Shown here: positions 42,364 to 51,722 of the stretch, piece by piece
Layout of the letters: every line of letters begins with the position of its first letter
Position numbering within the stretch: position 1 is the first letter of the stretch
NCBI GenBank assembly: GCA_958295675.1
Contig: OY282360.1
Location: 125,810 to 189,809, forward strand
DNA: 64,000 bases
Reading direction: 5' to 3'
Source of the DNA: Minisyncoccota bacterium
GTDB taxonomy: Bacteria > Patescibacteriota > Minisyncoccia > Phycocordibacterales > JABAAK01
Made by a program: the position numbers and the translations under genes
The notes under the pieces: generated by a model
Told to the model about the DNA's origin: nothing
Databases searched by the model: none
The model's input: the letters and a program-made list of their open reading frames with translations, nothing else

Positions 42364-43530
42364 GTGCCGTATACTGAACACAGTATGGCTGATGATGTAA
42401 ACAAAGATTCCAGAAGTATTGCCGATGAGATAGCGGATAATGTCTATGAATCGGTGCAGACACCGGCTGAAATTTTCTTTTTTGCGCTTGCGGTCATCGG
42501 CATCCTTTCTCTCGCGGCGACGACATTGGTGGGTCCGTGCGGTAATGTTGACGATGACGCGATATATCCGGATCCGCGCACCGTTGATTACCTGCCCGGC
42601 GCGACCGTCGTAACAACCAGTTCAATTGTGCTTGAAAACACCACGATTACCGCGGGTGCGTGCGGTATCGTGGACAGCGTTGACGAAGAGTCAGGCACCG
42701 CGCATGTGCACATTCTCGCGAAGTCAGCACCGTTCTTCGTGACTTCTCCGGAAGGATACCGCCCGCTTTCCGCGTTTTCAAGCGTGCTTGAAACACCGGT
42801 TTCAACACTGCTGTTCTTACACGCAGGATCACCGAAAGGCGATGTGTCGCTGGGACAAATAGCGCCGATCGCAACCCAGCAATACACCAACTGGTTCAGA
42901 AACTTCTACCTCAACACGATCTACATCATCATGGCCGTCCTCGCCGTCTTTGTGGTGCTGTTCGGCTATATCGGCTTTCGTTTTGAGAAAAAGAGAAAGG
43001 TGTGGTACGAACGCCACACCCTCCGCGCCACCTACATCTCTCGCCTTATGCAGGACAAACAGCGGACCAGGGAACTGCAGGAAAACTGGCAGCGGGTCAT
43101 TGAGATGACGGAAAGCAAGGATCAGGATGCGGCGCTATGGAAAGAGATGCTGGATCTGCTTGACGAAACACTGCACGGCGTGCTGACACTGCTCCGCTTT
43201 GAGGGAGCAAACTGCACTGAAAAGCTGAGAAACATGACAAAAGAAGATCTGTGGACTATCGAACGACTGTGGGAAGCGCACAGCTTTATCATGCGCGTGC
43301 AGGGAGTCAGTATCGGATCAAAAAAGGAACAGCATGCGGACAGCAAAAAAACGGAGACAGAGAACACGGCGGACACAAACAAAGAACACAGCGCGACTCC
43401 CGCGGAAGAAGGAGAAAAACTTGATGAAAAGGACATACCGACGGTCACCGAACAAACCGTGGAGAAAGCGGTTGAGATTTACAAAGAATCATTTATTTGG
43501 CTCGGTCTGCTGCCGCACTGGACAAAATAA
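42364..43530 (+). CDS. hypothetical membrane protein with a coiled-coil / K,E-rich C-terminus
   Basis: Two TM helices. No motif recognised. Confidence 0.4.
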   Translation: MPYTEHSMADDVNKDSRSIADEIADNVYESVQTPAEIFFFALAVIGILSLAATTLVGPCGNVDDDAIYPDPRTVDYLPGATVVTTSSIVLENTTITAGACGIVDSVDEESGTAHVHILAKSAPFFVTSPEGYRPLSAFSSVLETPVSTLLFLHAGSPKGDVSLGQIAPIATQQYTNWFRNFYLNTIYIIMAVLAVFVVLFGYIGFRFEKKRKVWYERHTLRATYISRLMQDKQRTRELQENWQRVIEMTESKDQDAALWKEMLDLLDETLHGVLTLLRFEGANCTEKLRNMTKEDLWTIERLWEAHSFIMRVQGVSIGSKKEQHADSKKTETENTADTNKEHSATPAEEGEKLDEKDIPTVTEQTVEKAVEIYKESFIWLGLLPHWTK

Positions 43531-43698
43531 TCGCACATCAAATAAAAAAACATTCGTGACGAATTGCGGACACATATCATTTGCAAATACTACCCGATAA
43601 TCATATACTGTAATACAGTCGTAAAGCACATATGTTCTCCGCTATGAAAACTATCAACGCAACAACATGAACAGTAAAATATGTGCTCACGACCGCGC

Positions 43699-43775
43699 AG
43701 CGGGGTAGAGCAGTCAGGTGGCTCGCCAGGCTCATAACCTGGAGGTCGTTGGTTCAAATCCAACCCCCGCTACCA
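43699..43775 (+). tRNA. tRNA-Met (anticodon CAT; elongator or lysidine-Ile2 type) with encoded CCA
   Basis: AGCGGGG/CCCCGCT acceptor (position 1-72 paired), CCAGG-CTCATAA-CCTGG anticodon arm, GTTGG-TTCAAAT-CCAAC T-arm, 3' ACCA. Confidence 0.85.
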
Positions 43776-43789
43776 AGGTGGAAAGAATA

Positions 43790-45415
43790 ATGTCTATGGC
43801 TACTAATAAAGAGAAGGATAGGGAAGAATATACTAAGAAGATATTAGATAGTGATTCTAATAAGAAAGTTATTGTTGCAGGACCTGGAACCGGGAAAACT
43901 TTTACCTTTGGTGAATACCTGAAAAAAATTCCTGGAAATAGAGAAAATAAAATTGTGATGACTTTTATCAATCCACTTGTTGATGATTTAAACTCTGATT
44001 TGGGGGAGAAGGCAATTGTTAGAACTTTTGATGGTTTTGTAAAAAAGGAATGCGAGGAACACAATCTGATAAAAAGCGATGAGCAGTACTTTTTAGGTGC
44101 AAACAAAATAATTTCCGAGGACCATGATTACATTTTTGGTACAAAGAAAGATTTTTCACATCTTTTCAATACTTTAGATATAGAAAATGAGTCAGAAGAT
44201 ATTCAGAATTTCGTGAAAAAGCAAAATGAGTTTTATAAATTTGTTGATCCGTCTGTCATTAAGTATCGGTTATATGACCACTTTAATAAGCACCAGCATG
44301 AGATACCAAGGTATGATGTTGTTATCATAGATGAATTTCAAGATTTCAACAAATTAGAGGCGAAAATTGTTGTGGAACATCTTTCAAAAAATATTTTATT
44401 GGCAGGTGATGATGACCAAGTCCTCTTTGAATTTAAGGGTTCAAATCCAGATTGTATAAGGGAATTATTCAACAAGGAAAATGATTACGAATCTTTTACA
44501 CTACCCTATTGTTCCCGATGTCCCGCCTCTGTCGTCAAGTTTGTTAATAGAATTATTGAGTACAGTAAAAAACATACTATTTTTCCGGCAGATCGTTGTG
44601 ACAAGCAATATCTACCATTTAGGGAAGAAGAAATAAGCAGTGTGAAATTTGTTCCGTATGGTATGGGGTCAATGTTTCCTATAGAACGAGAATTGAAAGA
44701 CATCAGAGATAGGAATGCGAGTGTTTTAATATTACATCCATATGGTGCAACAAATGAGGCAGAGCGGTTGTATGAGTACCTAACGCTGAGAGGGTTTAAG
44801 GTGAATAGAAAAAAGAAAGAAGTAAAGAAGAAAGTGTTTGAGGCGTTGGATACATTATCCAATGATCAGAGATCAAACCTTGGTTGGAGAATTATCTTAC
44901 CATTTCTTTTTTCTAAAAGTGAGGTTAAAAAAATGATTAAGCGGTGCTATGACGAAAATAAAAATATTTTTGATATTGTAGAAATTGAGTACAAACAAAA
45001 AGTTAAAGATGTTATTACGGTCATTCAACATTTTAAATCATCAAAAACAAAAACCCCCACAACAGGACAGAGTGATACATTATTAAAACTGTTTAATATG
45101 GAAGCATCAAAAATAGGAATATCAGATGATCGAAAAAACAAAATCAGAGAGATGAAGAGAAAATACTTGGGATACAAGTTAAATAATACATTGACTATAG
45201 AAATGTGTAACATAGGGAATTCAAAAGGATTATCTGCAGATTATGTTTTCATTTATCCATTTTCAAAACAACATTTTAAGTTGCAATATCCGCAGGATAT
45301 CTATAATATTGTCGTTGCTTTGACACGAACAAAGAAAAAACTACTGATATTTGAACCAGAAGAAAATTCACAGCAATCGGCAGTAAAAGATTTATATGAA
45401 GAATCCGCCGAGTAA
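43790..45415 (+). CDS. UvrD/PcrA/Rep-like superfamily-1 DNA helicase (short, 541 aa; GajB-like)
   Basis: Motifs I AGPGTGKT, Ia TFINPLV, II IDEFQDFN, III AGDDDQVLFEFKGS and VI VALTRTKKKLLIF. The ORF-track start at 43718 overlaps the tRNA and was trimmed. Confidence 0.8.
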   Translation: MSMATNKEKDREEYTKKILDSDSNKKVIVAGPGTGKTFTFGEYLKKIPGNRENKIVMTFINPLVDDLNSDLGEKAIVRTFDGFVKKECEEHNLIKSDEQYFLGANKIISEDHDYIFGTKKDFSHLFNTLDIENESEDIQNFVKKQNEFYKFVDPSVIKYRLYDHFNKHQHEIPRYDVVIIDEFQDFNKLEAKIVVEHLSKNILLAGDDDQVLFEFKGSNPDCIRELFNKENDYESFTLPYCSRCPASVVKFVNRIIEYSKKHTIFPADRCDKQYLPFREEEISSVKFVPYGMGSMFPIERELKDIRDRNASVLILHPYGATNEAERLYEYLTLRGFKVNRKKKEVKKKVFEALDTLSNDQRSNLGWRIILPFLFSKSEVKKMIKRCYDENKNIFDIVEIEYKQKVKDVITVIQHFKSSKTKTPTTGQSDTLLKLFNMEASKIGISDDRKNKIREMKRKYLGYKLNNTLTIEMCNIGNSKGLSADYVFIYPFSKQHFKLQYPQDIYNIVVALTRTKKKLLIFEPEENSQQSAVKDLYEESAE

Positions 45416-45597
45416 GGGTGTTGGTAAATAAGGATTGGTATTATATTGGTGGTCTAACGATGGGATTTAGAATGGTATACTAACACATATGGAGAATGGC
45501 AAAGACAATAGGCAGGGGAGAGCTGTCAGCAATTCGCTAGAATAAAGGGTGTAGATACCCGATACGGCAAGTTGATTGCATGTGATACCATGAAAGT

Positions 45598-47655
45598 ATG
45601 TCAAAAGGCAGGACAGTAGATATTGCGGACCTGACCAGGTCCTCCGGGAAGTATGATTTAGTCATCTTTTCACGGGAAAGTATTGATAGAGTAGAAAAAA
45701 ATATCTCTGAAAAAGACAAAAAACATGTCATTACCTGTCTGAAACGGGAGAAAGACATACAAGCGAAACCGGAAGAGATAATCCGTCAGCTCATGCTTGA
45801 TAAACTGATATATGAGTATGAATATCCAAAAGATTTGTTGTCGGTGGAGTACGGCGTGAGTTTCGGGCGGGAGAAGAAATCAGCTGACATCGTCATCCTC
45901 AACAAGGCGGACAAGACGAGCGTGTATTGTGTGTTGGAGATTAAAAAACACAACGCAAAAGACGGAAAAGACCAATTGAAGAGTTACACGAACGCAACCG
46001 GCGCACCGCTCGCCGTCTGGACGAACGGAACGGAAATGACCTGTTACGAACGACTGGATCCAAACTACTTTGAGCCGCTGTCAGACCTGCCGAAAGCAGG
46101 AGAGAATATAGACGATGTGAAAAACGAACGGTTCACCTATCTTGACCTAATGCAGAAAGATAGGTTGCAGGAGGAGAGAAAGTCCCTCAAGCAACTCATT
46201 CAGGAAATGGAAGACGAGGTGTTGGCGAATGCGGGAGTGGATGTATTTGAAGAGGTATTCAAATTGATTTTCACAAAACTCTACGACGAGATGGAGAGTG
46301 CTGATGATCGAATACAAATTGAGCGGGAGATGAAGCGGATACACAAAAAAAGCGACAAAGAGTTTCTTGTGGAGGATGCGGTGACCGAAGTAAAGATGGA
46401 CACCTTCGACTTCAGGCAGCTTGAATTCCGAAGCCGTGGTGACGCGCACCACACGAAAGAAGTTATCAATACGCTCTTCAAGAAAGCAAAGAACAAGTGG
46501 CAAGATATATTTGACAAAGGCGAGCCGCTGAAAATAACGGACGAGAATCATCTCCAGATTTGTGTGGGTTTCCTACAGAATGTGAAACTGTTTAACTCCA
46601 ACCTGCAGATAATTGACGAGGCGTTTGAGTATCTGGTCAACAAATCCGCGAAAGGAGAGAAAGGACAATACTTCACCCCGAGAAATGTCATTGATATGGC
46701 GGTGTATATGATAAACCCGAAGGACACGGAGTACATGATTGATACCGCATGCGGTAGTTGCGGTTTCACTATCCACACTCTGTTCAATGTGTGGGAAAAG
46801 ATACGAAGTTCTGGCAAATCACAATTTGCAAACTTCTCCAATCAGCGATTAACACAGGAACAGAAGGACTACATAGATAAAGTGTTCGGTATTGATTTTG
46901 ACGAAAAAACTGTGCGGGTGGCACGGACGCTGAACATGATTGCTGGAGACGGCAGGACGAATGTGCTGTACCTCAACTCCCTTGATTATACACGTTGGGA
47001 GGAGCGGTTGCGGGATGCCGAATGGAGCAGAACCTATTTGCAAGGATACTATCGCCTGCTTGATCTGGCGAAAGACAGAAAAGTGCCGAAAGAGTTCAAC
47101 TTTGACATCGTGATGGCGAATCCTCCATTTGCGGGAGACATTAAAGATGGGCGGATTATATCCAATTACGATATGGCGTTCAATGAGAAAGGTAAAAGAG
47201 TGAACAAAATATCACGGGACATTCTGTTCATAGAGAGAAACCTGGATTTCCTAAAACCGGGCGGACGGATGGCAATCGTTCTCCCTCAAGGTAGGTTCAA
47301 CAACACATCCGACCAGCGAATCAGGGAGTGCATCATGGACAGAGCACGATTGGTAGCCGTTGTCGGACTTGATGTAAACACTTTCAAACCGCACACCGGT
47401 ACCAAGACATCCGTTCTCTTCATTCAGAAGTGGGATGAAAAAATAAACCCAAAGACAGATGACTACCCGATTTTCATGGCGGTCTCCGAAAACTCCGGTA
47501 AAGACAATTCAGGAGACGAGATATACGAGACGGACAGCAAGGGAAACAGAAAACTGGACGAACACAGCCACCTCATCCAAAAGCACGACCTCAGAGATAT
47601 TGCCTTCGCATTTGAGAAGTGGGCGAAGAAGAACAAATTAAGTTTTTGGAAATAG
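45598..47655 (+). CDS. N6-adenine DNA methyltransferase, HsdM-like, fused to an N-terminal HsdR_N-type (PD-(D/E)xK-like) domain
   Basis: N-terminal ADIVILNK...VLEIKKHN...AVWTNG (HsdR_N pattern). MTase motif I region GQYFTPR...DTACGSCGF and motif IV NPPF. Confidence 0.8.
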   Translation: MSKGRTVDIADLTRSSGKYDLVIFSRESIDRVEKNISEKDKKHVITCLKREKDIQAKPEEIIRQLMLDKLIYEYEYPKDLLSVEYGVSFGREKKSADIVILNKADKTSVYCVLEIKKHNAKDGKDQLKSYTNATGAPLAVWTNGTEMTCYERLDPNYFEPLSDLPKAGENIDDVKNERFTYLDLMQKDRLQEERKSLKQLIQEMEDEVLANAGVDVFEEVFKLIFTKLYDEMESADDRIQIEREMKRIHKKSDKEFLVEDAVTEVKMDTFDFRQLEFRSRGDAHHTKEVINTLFKKAKNKWQDIFDKGEPLKITDENHLQICVGFLQNVKLFNSNLQIIDEAFEYLVNKSAKGEKGQYFTPRNVIDMAVYMINPKDTEYMIDTACGSCGFTIHTLFNVWEKIRSSGKSQFANFSNQRLTQEQKDYIDKVFGIDFDEKTVRVARTLNMIAGDGRTNVLYLNSLDYTRWEERLRDAEWSRTYLQGYYRLLDLAKDRKVPKEFNFDIVMANPPFAGDIKDGRIISNYDMAFNEKGKRVNKISRDILFIERNLDFLKPGGRMAIVLPQGRFNNTSDQRIRECIMDRARLVAVVGLDVNTFKPHTGTKTSVLFIQKWDEKINPKTDDYPIFMAVSENSGKDNSGDEIYETDSKGNRKLDEHSHLIQKHDLRDIAFAFEKWAKKNKLSFWK

Positions 47656-47658
47656 CGT

Positions 47659-49485
47659 ATGAAATTTACAAAATTTACAATTAAAAACTTTAAAGGTATT
47701 GAAAACCTTACATTAGATTTCACTAAACATCCTCAAGGTAAGATATTTCCATTAGTGGGATTAAATGAAAGTGGAAAAACAACGATTTTAGAGGCGATTG
47801 ATTTATTTCAGAATGAGATAGAAAATGGACGAGAGCATGAAATGATTCATAAGAGAAAGAAGGGGAAGTTTAATGGTTCTATTGAGATTGCTGCAACCTT
47901 ACAACTGGAAGATCAGGATAAAACTTTTATTAGGAACTTTTTAAGAAGAAAGAGATTGGAAATGCAAGATGATATTGAAGAAATTACAATAACAAAAATA
48001 TATTTTTTTTTAGACTCGGATTATAAAGAATTTCTTTCGGAATGGCATATTCCGCTAATGGTGAAAACAAGCCAGAGGAAAGATTTTATAAATCTGCATA
48101 AGGGGTATAAAGATCATTGGAGTAAATTGGTTAAAGAGATGGAAGATAAATATATTCCTCATATTCTATACTTTGAAAATTTTTTATTTGATTTTCCTGA
48201 GAAAATTTACCTTACCACTCCAGATAATGCAGTAACAGAAACAGATAATCAAACACAAAAAGAATATAGAGAAGTTTTAGATGATATATTAAGCAGTGTA
48301 GATCCTGATTATAATTTCAGAAAACATATTTTACAGAGATTAGAAAGTTCTAGTACTAGTGATAGAGAAGCAGTTACACAAGTATTAAACGAAATGAGTC
48401 AAAAACTTAATGATGTAATTGTTACTCCGTGGAAAAATATTCTAAAAGATTCTGCTGAGATAACTATTGAAGTCAAAAACAGTCAAGATTCAAACGGTCA
48501 TTTTCTTGAATTTAAAATAAAACAAGGTGCAGAAAGTTTTAATATAGGAGAGAGGAGTTTGGGGTTTAAATGGTTTTTTGGTTTTTTGCTTTTCACTGAA
48601 TTTAGAACCCAAAGAAAAGTTGAAAAAGGGGAGTATATATTTTTATTTGATGAACCGGCAAGTAATTTGCATCCTGCTGCTCAGCAGGCGTTATTAAATT
48701 GTTTTACAAACCTTGCTGAAAAATCAAAAATTATTTACTCAACTCACAGTCACTACCTCTTGATACCAAAACTTTTACTCACAGCGTTTGTAGTTATAGA
48801 CAGCGGAAAAAAACAGAATGAGAATGGGGAGATGATTTGGAAAGATTATAGTCAAAATATAACAGCCCAACCATATAGGTATTTTGTTTCCATAACAAGT
48901 GATAGTGATGATATGCATTATCAGCCACTTTTAGACTGCTTGGAATATGTAGAAAACCCTTTTGCAAATAATGATAATATAGTTTTTCTTGAGGGTAAAT
49001 ACGATTATTATATGTTTCAATGGATTAGAGAAAAATTTTTTCTAGGTGAGGATTATAATTTTAATTTTCGTCCAGGTGGGGGTGCCGGAAAATTTGAAAA
49101 TATTTTTTGTGAATATTTAGCGACCAACAAAAAATTTGTTGCAATTTTTGACGCAGATAGCGCAGGGAAAAGAGAAAAAGATCGTTATTTAGATAGTGTA
49201 AGTGTAGAATTGGAAAAAAATATTTTTACACTTGAGGATGTAAAATCATCCTTTAAGGGCTTTCAGATAGAAAAATTATTTTTTGTTAGTAATAAGACGG
49301 ATGATAGGTTGATCATTCAAAAAAAGGTATTTTCAAATGATAAAAGGTACAATAAAGGACGTTTTAACAAGGCAGTTCAAGAAATTTTTATAAACAAGGC
49401 TGAAATCATCCTAACAAGAACAACACAAAAAAACTTCAAAGCAGTTTTTGATTTTATACAACAAAAATTTAATGATCTAAGTTAA
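47659..49485 (+). CDS. OLD-family ATPase-nuclease (ABC-type ATPase + C-terminal TOPRIM-like domain; GajA-like)
   Basis: FTIKNFKGIENLTLDF...GLNESGKTTILEAI Walker A, then LFDEPASNLHP Walker B / D-loop. The C-terminus has VFLEGKYD and AIFDADSAGK (TOPRIM-like E and DxD). Confidence 0.7.
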   Translation: MKFTKFTIKNFKGIENLTLDFTKHPQGKIFPLVGLNESGKTTILEAIDLFQNEIENGREHEMIHKRKKGKFNGSIEIAATLQLEDQDKTFIRNFLRRKRLEMQDDIEEITITKIYFFLDSDYKEFLSEWHIPLMVKTSQRKDFINLHKGYKDHWSKLVKEMEDKYIPHILYFENFLFDFPEKIYLTTPDNAVTETDNQTQKEYREVLDDILSSVDPDYNFRKHILQRLESSSTSDREAVTQVLNEMSQKLNDVIVTPWKNILKDSAEITIEVKNSQDSNGHFLEFKIKQGAESFNIGERSLGFKWFFGFLLFTEFRTQRKVEKGEYIFLFDEPASNLHPAAQQALLNCFTNLAEKSKIIYSTHSHYLLIPKLLLTAFVVIDSGKKQNENGEMIWKDYSQNITAQPYRYFVSITSDSDDMHYQPLLDCLEYVENPFANNDNIVFLEGKYDYYMFQWIREKFFLGEDYNFNFRPGGGAGKFENIFCEYLATNKKFVAIFDADSAGKREKDRYLDSVSVELEKNIFTLEDVKSSFKGFQIEKLFFVSNKTDDRLIIQKKVFSNDKRYNKGRFNKAVQEIFINKAEIILTRTTQKNFKAVFDFIQQKFNDLS

Positions 49486-49490
49486 AATAT

Positions 49491-50837
49491 ATGGCACAGA
49501 TTAGCATAATTAAAAAGAAAGATGTTTTGAAAGGTGGACGGTTAGATGCCGAGTATTTTAAATCGGAGTATTTGGAAGTCGAGAATAAAATAAAAAGTTG
49601 GGGATATAAAACCATATCGGATTTGGCAGGAGGGTGTGTCAATTATGGACTGAATGTTGACCCTTTTTATACAGATGTAGGTATAAAGTTCATAAGAGCG
49701 CAGAATTTGAAGGAATTTGGTTTTGAGGGAGAGATTTTAAACATTCCATATTCAAAAGAGGATCTGTCCGAAAGAGAATTATTACAAACAGGAGATCTGA
49801 TGATAGTTAGAAGCGGTGCTAATGTCGGAGACATAGGAATAATAACCGACGAGTTCAAAGAGTCATCCTTTGGTTCCTATATTATTAAGTTTGATGTAAA
49901 AGATCATATTAATCCCTACTTTGTCTATATCTTTCTAAAAACGAAATATGGAAGATTGCAGACAGTAAGGTTCAGAAGCGGTGCTGCCCAGCCAAACATA
50001 AGTATTCCAAACTTAAATAAAATTTTGGTACCAATCTTAAATTCAAAATTCCAGAAAGATATAGAAAATGATTTCTTCAAGGCAAAAGAAAAACAAGAGA
50101 AAGCAAAAACTTTATATAAAAAAGCAGAAAAAATTCTTTTAGAAGAGTTTGGGTTGATAGGATATAAAACAGAACACGCTCTTACTTTTGAAGTGAAAAG
50201 AAAAGATATTGAAAGTGTAAAGAGATTTGATGCCGAATACTTCCAACCAAAGTATGAGGATATAATTAAAAAGATTCATGGATATAAAATGGGTTTTGCT
50301 AATGCAGAGGATATATTAATTTTCAACAAAAAGAATTTTTTTCCGAAGGAGGATGTGCTCTATAATTATCTTCCGCTGTCAAAGGTGTCAGGTGTGGGTG
50401 ATATAGATGTTTCTGAAAGAGAGTTAGGGAGAAATCTACCAACACGAGCAAGAAGAAGAGTACAGGCAGGTGAGGTGATATTATCTTCTATTAAGGGTAG
50501 CTTGGAATCTTCGGCACTGATACAGCAGGAGCATAATAACATGATTGTTTCTACAGGATTTTATGTTTTTCATTCAAACAAGATAAACTCGGAAACACTT
50601 TTGATTTTGTTTAAATCAAGATTCATGCTTGAATTATTGGAAAGAATATCAAAAGGTGCAATTCTCGGTGGGTATGATTTAGAGAGTTTTGAAAAAATAA
50701 AAATTCCACTCGTTAGGCAAAAGATCCAAAAACAAATCGCCGAAAAAATACAAGAGAGTCATAAATTGCGCAAAGAAAGCAAGAAGATGCTTGAATCAGC
50801 AAAAAAGAAAGTTGAAGAAGAGATAGAGAAAGCATAG
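49491..50837 (+). CDS. hsdS: Type I restriction-modification specificity subunit HsdS (two target-recognition domains)
   Basis: RLDAEYF at the start of TRD1 and FDAEYFQPKY at TRD2, with conserved coiled-coil spacers. 6 nt downstream of the OLD-like gene. Confidence 0.85.
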   Translation: MAQISIIKKKDVLKGGRLDAEYFKSEYLEVENKIKSWGYKTISDLAGGCVNYGLNVDPFYTDVGIKFIRAQNLKEFGFEGEILNIPYSKEDLSERELLQTGDLMIVRSGANVGDIGIITDEFKESSFGSYIIKFDVKDHINPYFVYIFLKTKYGRLQTVRFRSGAAQPNISIPNLNKILVPILNSKFQKDIENDFFKAKEKQEKAKTLYKKAEKILLEEFGLIGYKTEHALTFEVKRKDIESVKRFDAEYFQPKYEDIIKKIHGYKMGFANAEDILIFNKKNFFPKEDVLYNYLPLSKVSGVGDIDVSERELGRNLPTRARRRVQAGEVILSSIKGSLESSALIQQEHNNMIVSTGFYVFHSNKINSETLLILFKSRFMLELLERISKGAILGGYDLESFEKIKIPLVRQKIQKQIAEKIQESHKLRKESKKMLESAKKKVEEEIEKA

Positions 50838-50854
50838 AGACAACCCAAATCCTG

Positions 50855-51010
50855 TTCAGCGAGGTGAATTAAGCGAAAATTCAACAGTCAAGAATTTCTT
50901 GACAGTTCAAAAAGGATGCGGTGCGTAGGATTCGTTTGCACTTAAAATAAGAGCCAACTTGTGCAAAATTTACACAAGTTCAAAAAGAAAGAGCAAATGA
51001 GTTGGAATCC
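50855..51010 (+). repeat. P-repeat copy 1 (~150 bp; two hairpins + RBS + ATGAGTTGGAATCC start module)
   Basis: Homologous to 54745-54895. Contains the near-palindrome AACTTGTGCAAAATTTACACAAGTT. Confidence 0.8.
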
Positions 51011-51578
51011 GGTGAGGATAGAAGTAATCTATGAGTATAAACAATGTCTTAATCCTTCTTATCGTACCTTTAAACGGTATAGTGTAAATATGAGACATTC
51101 ATACACCACAGCAGATTTTATTCCTCTGATAGCGGTGGTTTTGTGTGTTACTGCCGCAACACTGCTCACCGGTGCATATACAGGTGCCGAGGGAATTAGG
51201 TGGATAGCATTGTTCATGGGATTTTTCTTCCTGGTGTTCGGTCTGTTCAAGGCATGGAACTTGCGGGGATTTGCGGAAGCATACCGCATGTACGACCTCA
51301 TTGCAATGCGCAGTCGGTTCTATGCACACCTATATCCGTTCATTGAACTGATGCTCGGAATACTGTATATCGGCGGCTGGTACCTGTTTGCCACCAACAT
51401 CACCACGCTCATTGTTATGACAGTATCAGCGGCAGGTGTGTTCATACAGCTGCGTAAGAGGGAAGAGATACCGTGTGCATGTCTCGGCACGGTATTCGTC
51501 ATCCCGATGACCTGGATCACGCTCGGGGAAGATCTCCTGATGGCAGGCATGGCGGCGGTGATGTTGGTTTTGTTATGA
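50997..51578 (+). CDS. MauE/DoxX-family membrane protein (start uncertain; the ATG lies within the P-repeat start module)
   Basis: 4 TM helices and a CACLG motif typical of the MauE/DoxX family. The ORF-track start at 50961 translates the palindrome. Confidence 0.5.
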   Translation: MSWNPVRIEVIYEYKQCLNPSYRTFKRYSVNMRHSYTTADFIPLIAVVLCVTAATLLTGAYTGAEGIRWIALFMGFFFLVFGLFKAWNLRGFAEAYRMYDLIAMRSRFYAHLYPFIELMLGILYIGGWYLFATNITTLIVMTVSAAGVFIQLRKREEIPCACLGTVFVIPMTWITLGEDLLMAGMAAVMLVLL

Positions 51579-51610
51579 GCGATTTAGGTAAGCAATTCTT
51601 TGATTTTAGA

Positions 51611-51650
51611 AGAGTCAACTTGTGCAAAATTTGCACAAGTTCAAAAAGAA
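51611..51650 (+). repeat. P-repeat copy 2 (palindrome core only: AACTTGTGCAAAATTTGCACAAGTT)
   Basis: Perfect 12-bp-arm palindrome. Followed by an RBS-like sequence and a 6-codon ORF. Confidence 0.8.
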
Positions 51651-51722
51651 GGAAATAGAGATGTTAGTAGTGTCGGTATAACGCTTGCGGTATTAGTACT
51701 CAGAAATCATTTTTTCTTTGTG

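Noticed and set aside
42352-43530. Expectation of gatB after gatCA
   Set aside because: The downstream gene is an unrelated membrane protein. gatB is presumably elsewhere, and split gatCAB is common, so this is not notable.
43699-43775. Initiator tRNA-fMet call
   Set aside because: Position 1-72 is base-paired (A-U) and the anticodon stem lacks three consecutive G-C pairs. It is more likely an elongator Met or lysidine-modified Ile2 tRNA; these cannot be distinguished from sequence alone.
43718-43789. ORF-track start of the helicase at 43718
   Set aside because: It would translate through the tRNA-Met. The first ATG after the tRNA (43790, MSMATNKEK) precedes the Walker A motif at the expected distance.
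50961-50996. ORF-track start for the MauE/DoxX-like gene at 50961
   Set aside because: It would translate the palindrome of the P repeat. The conserved start module ATGAGTTGG begins at 50997.
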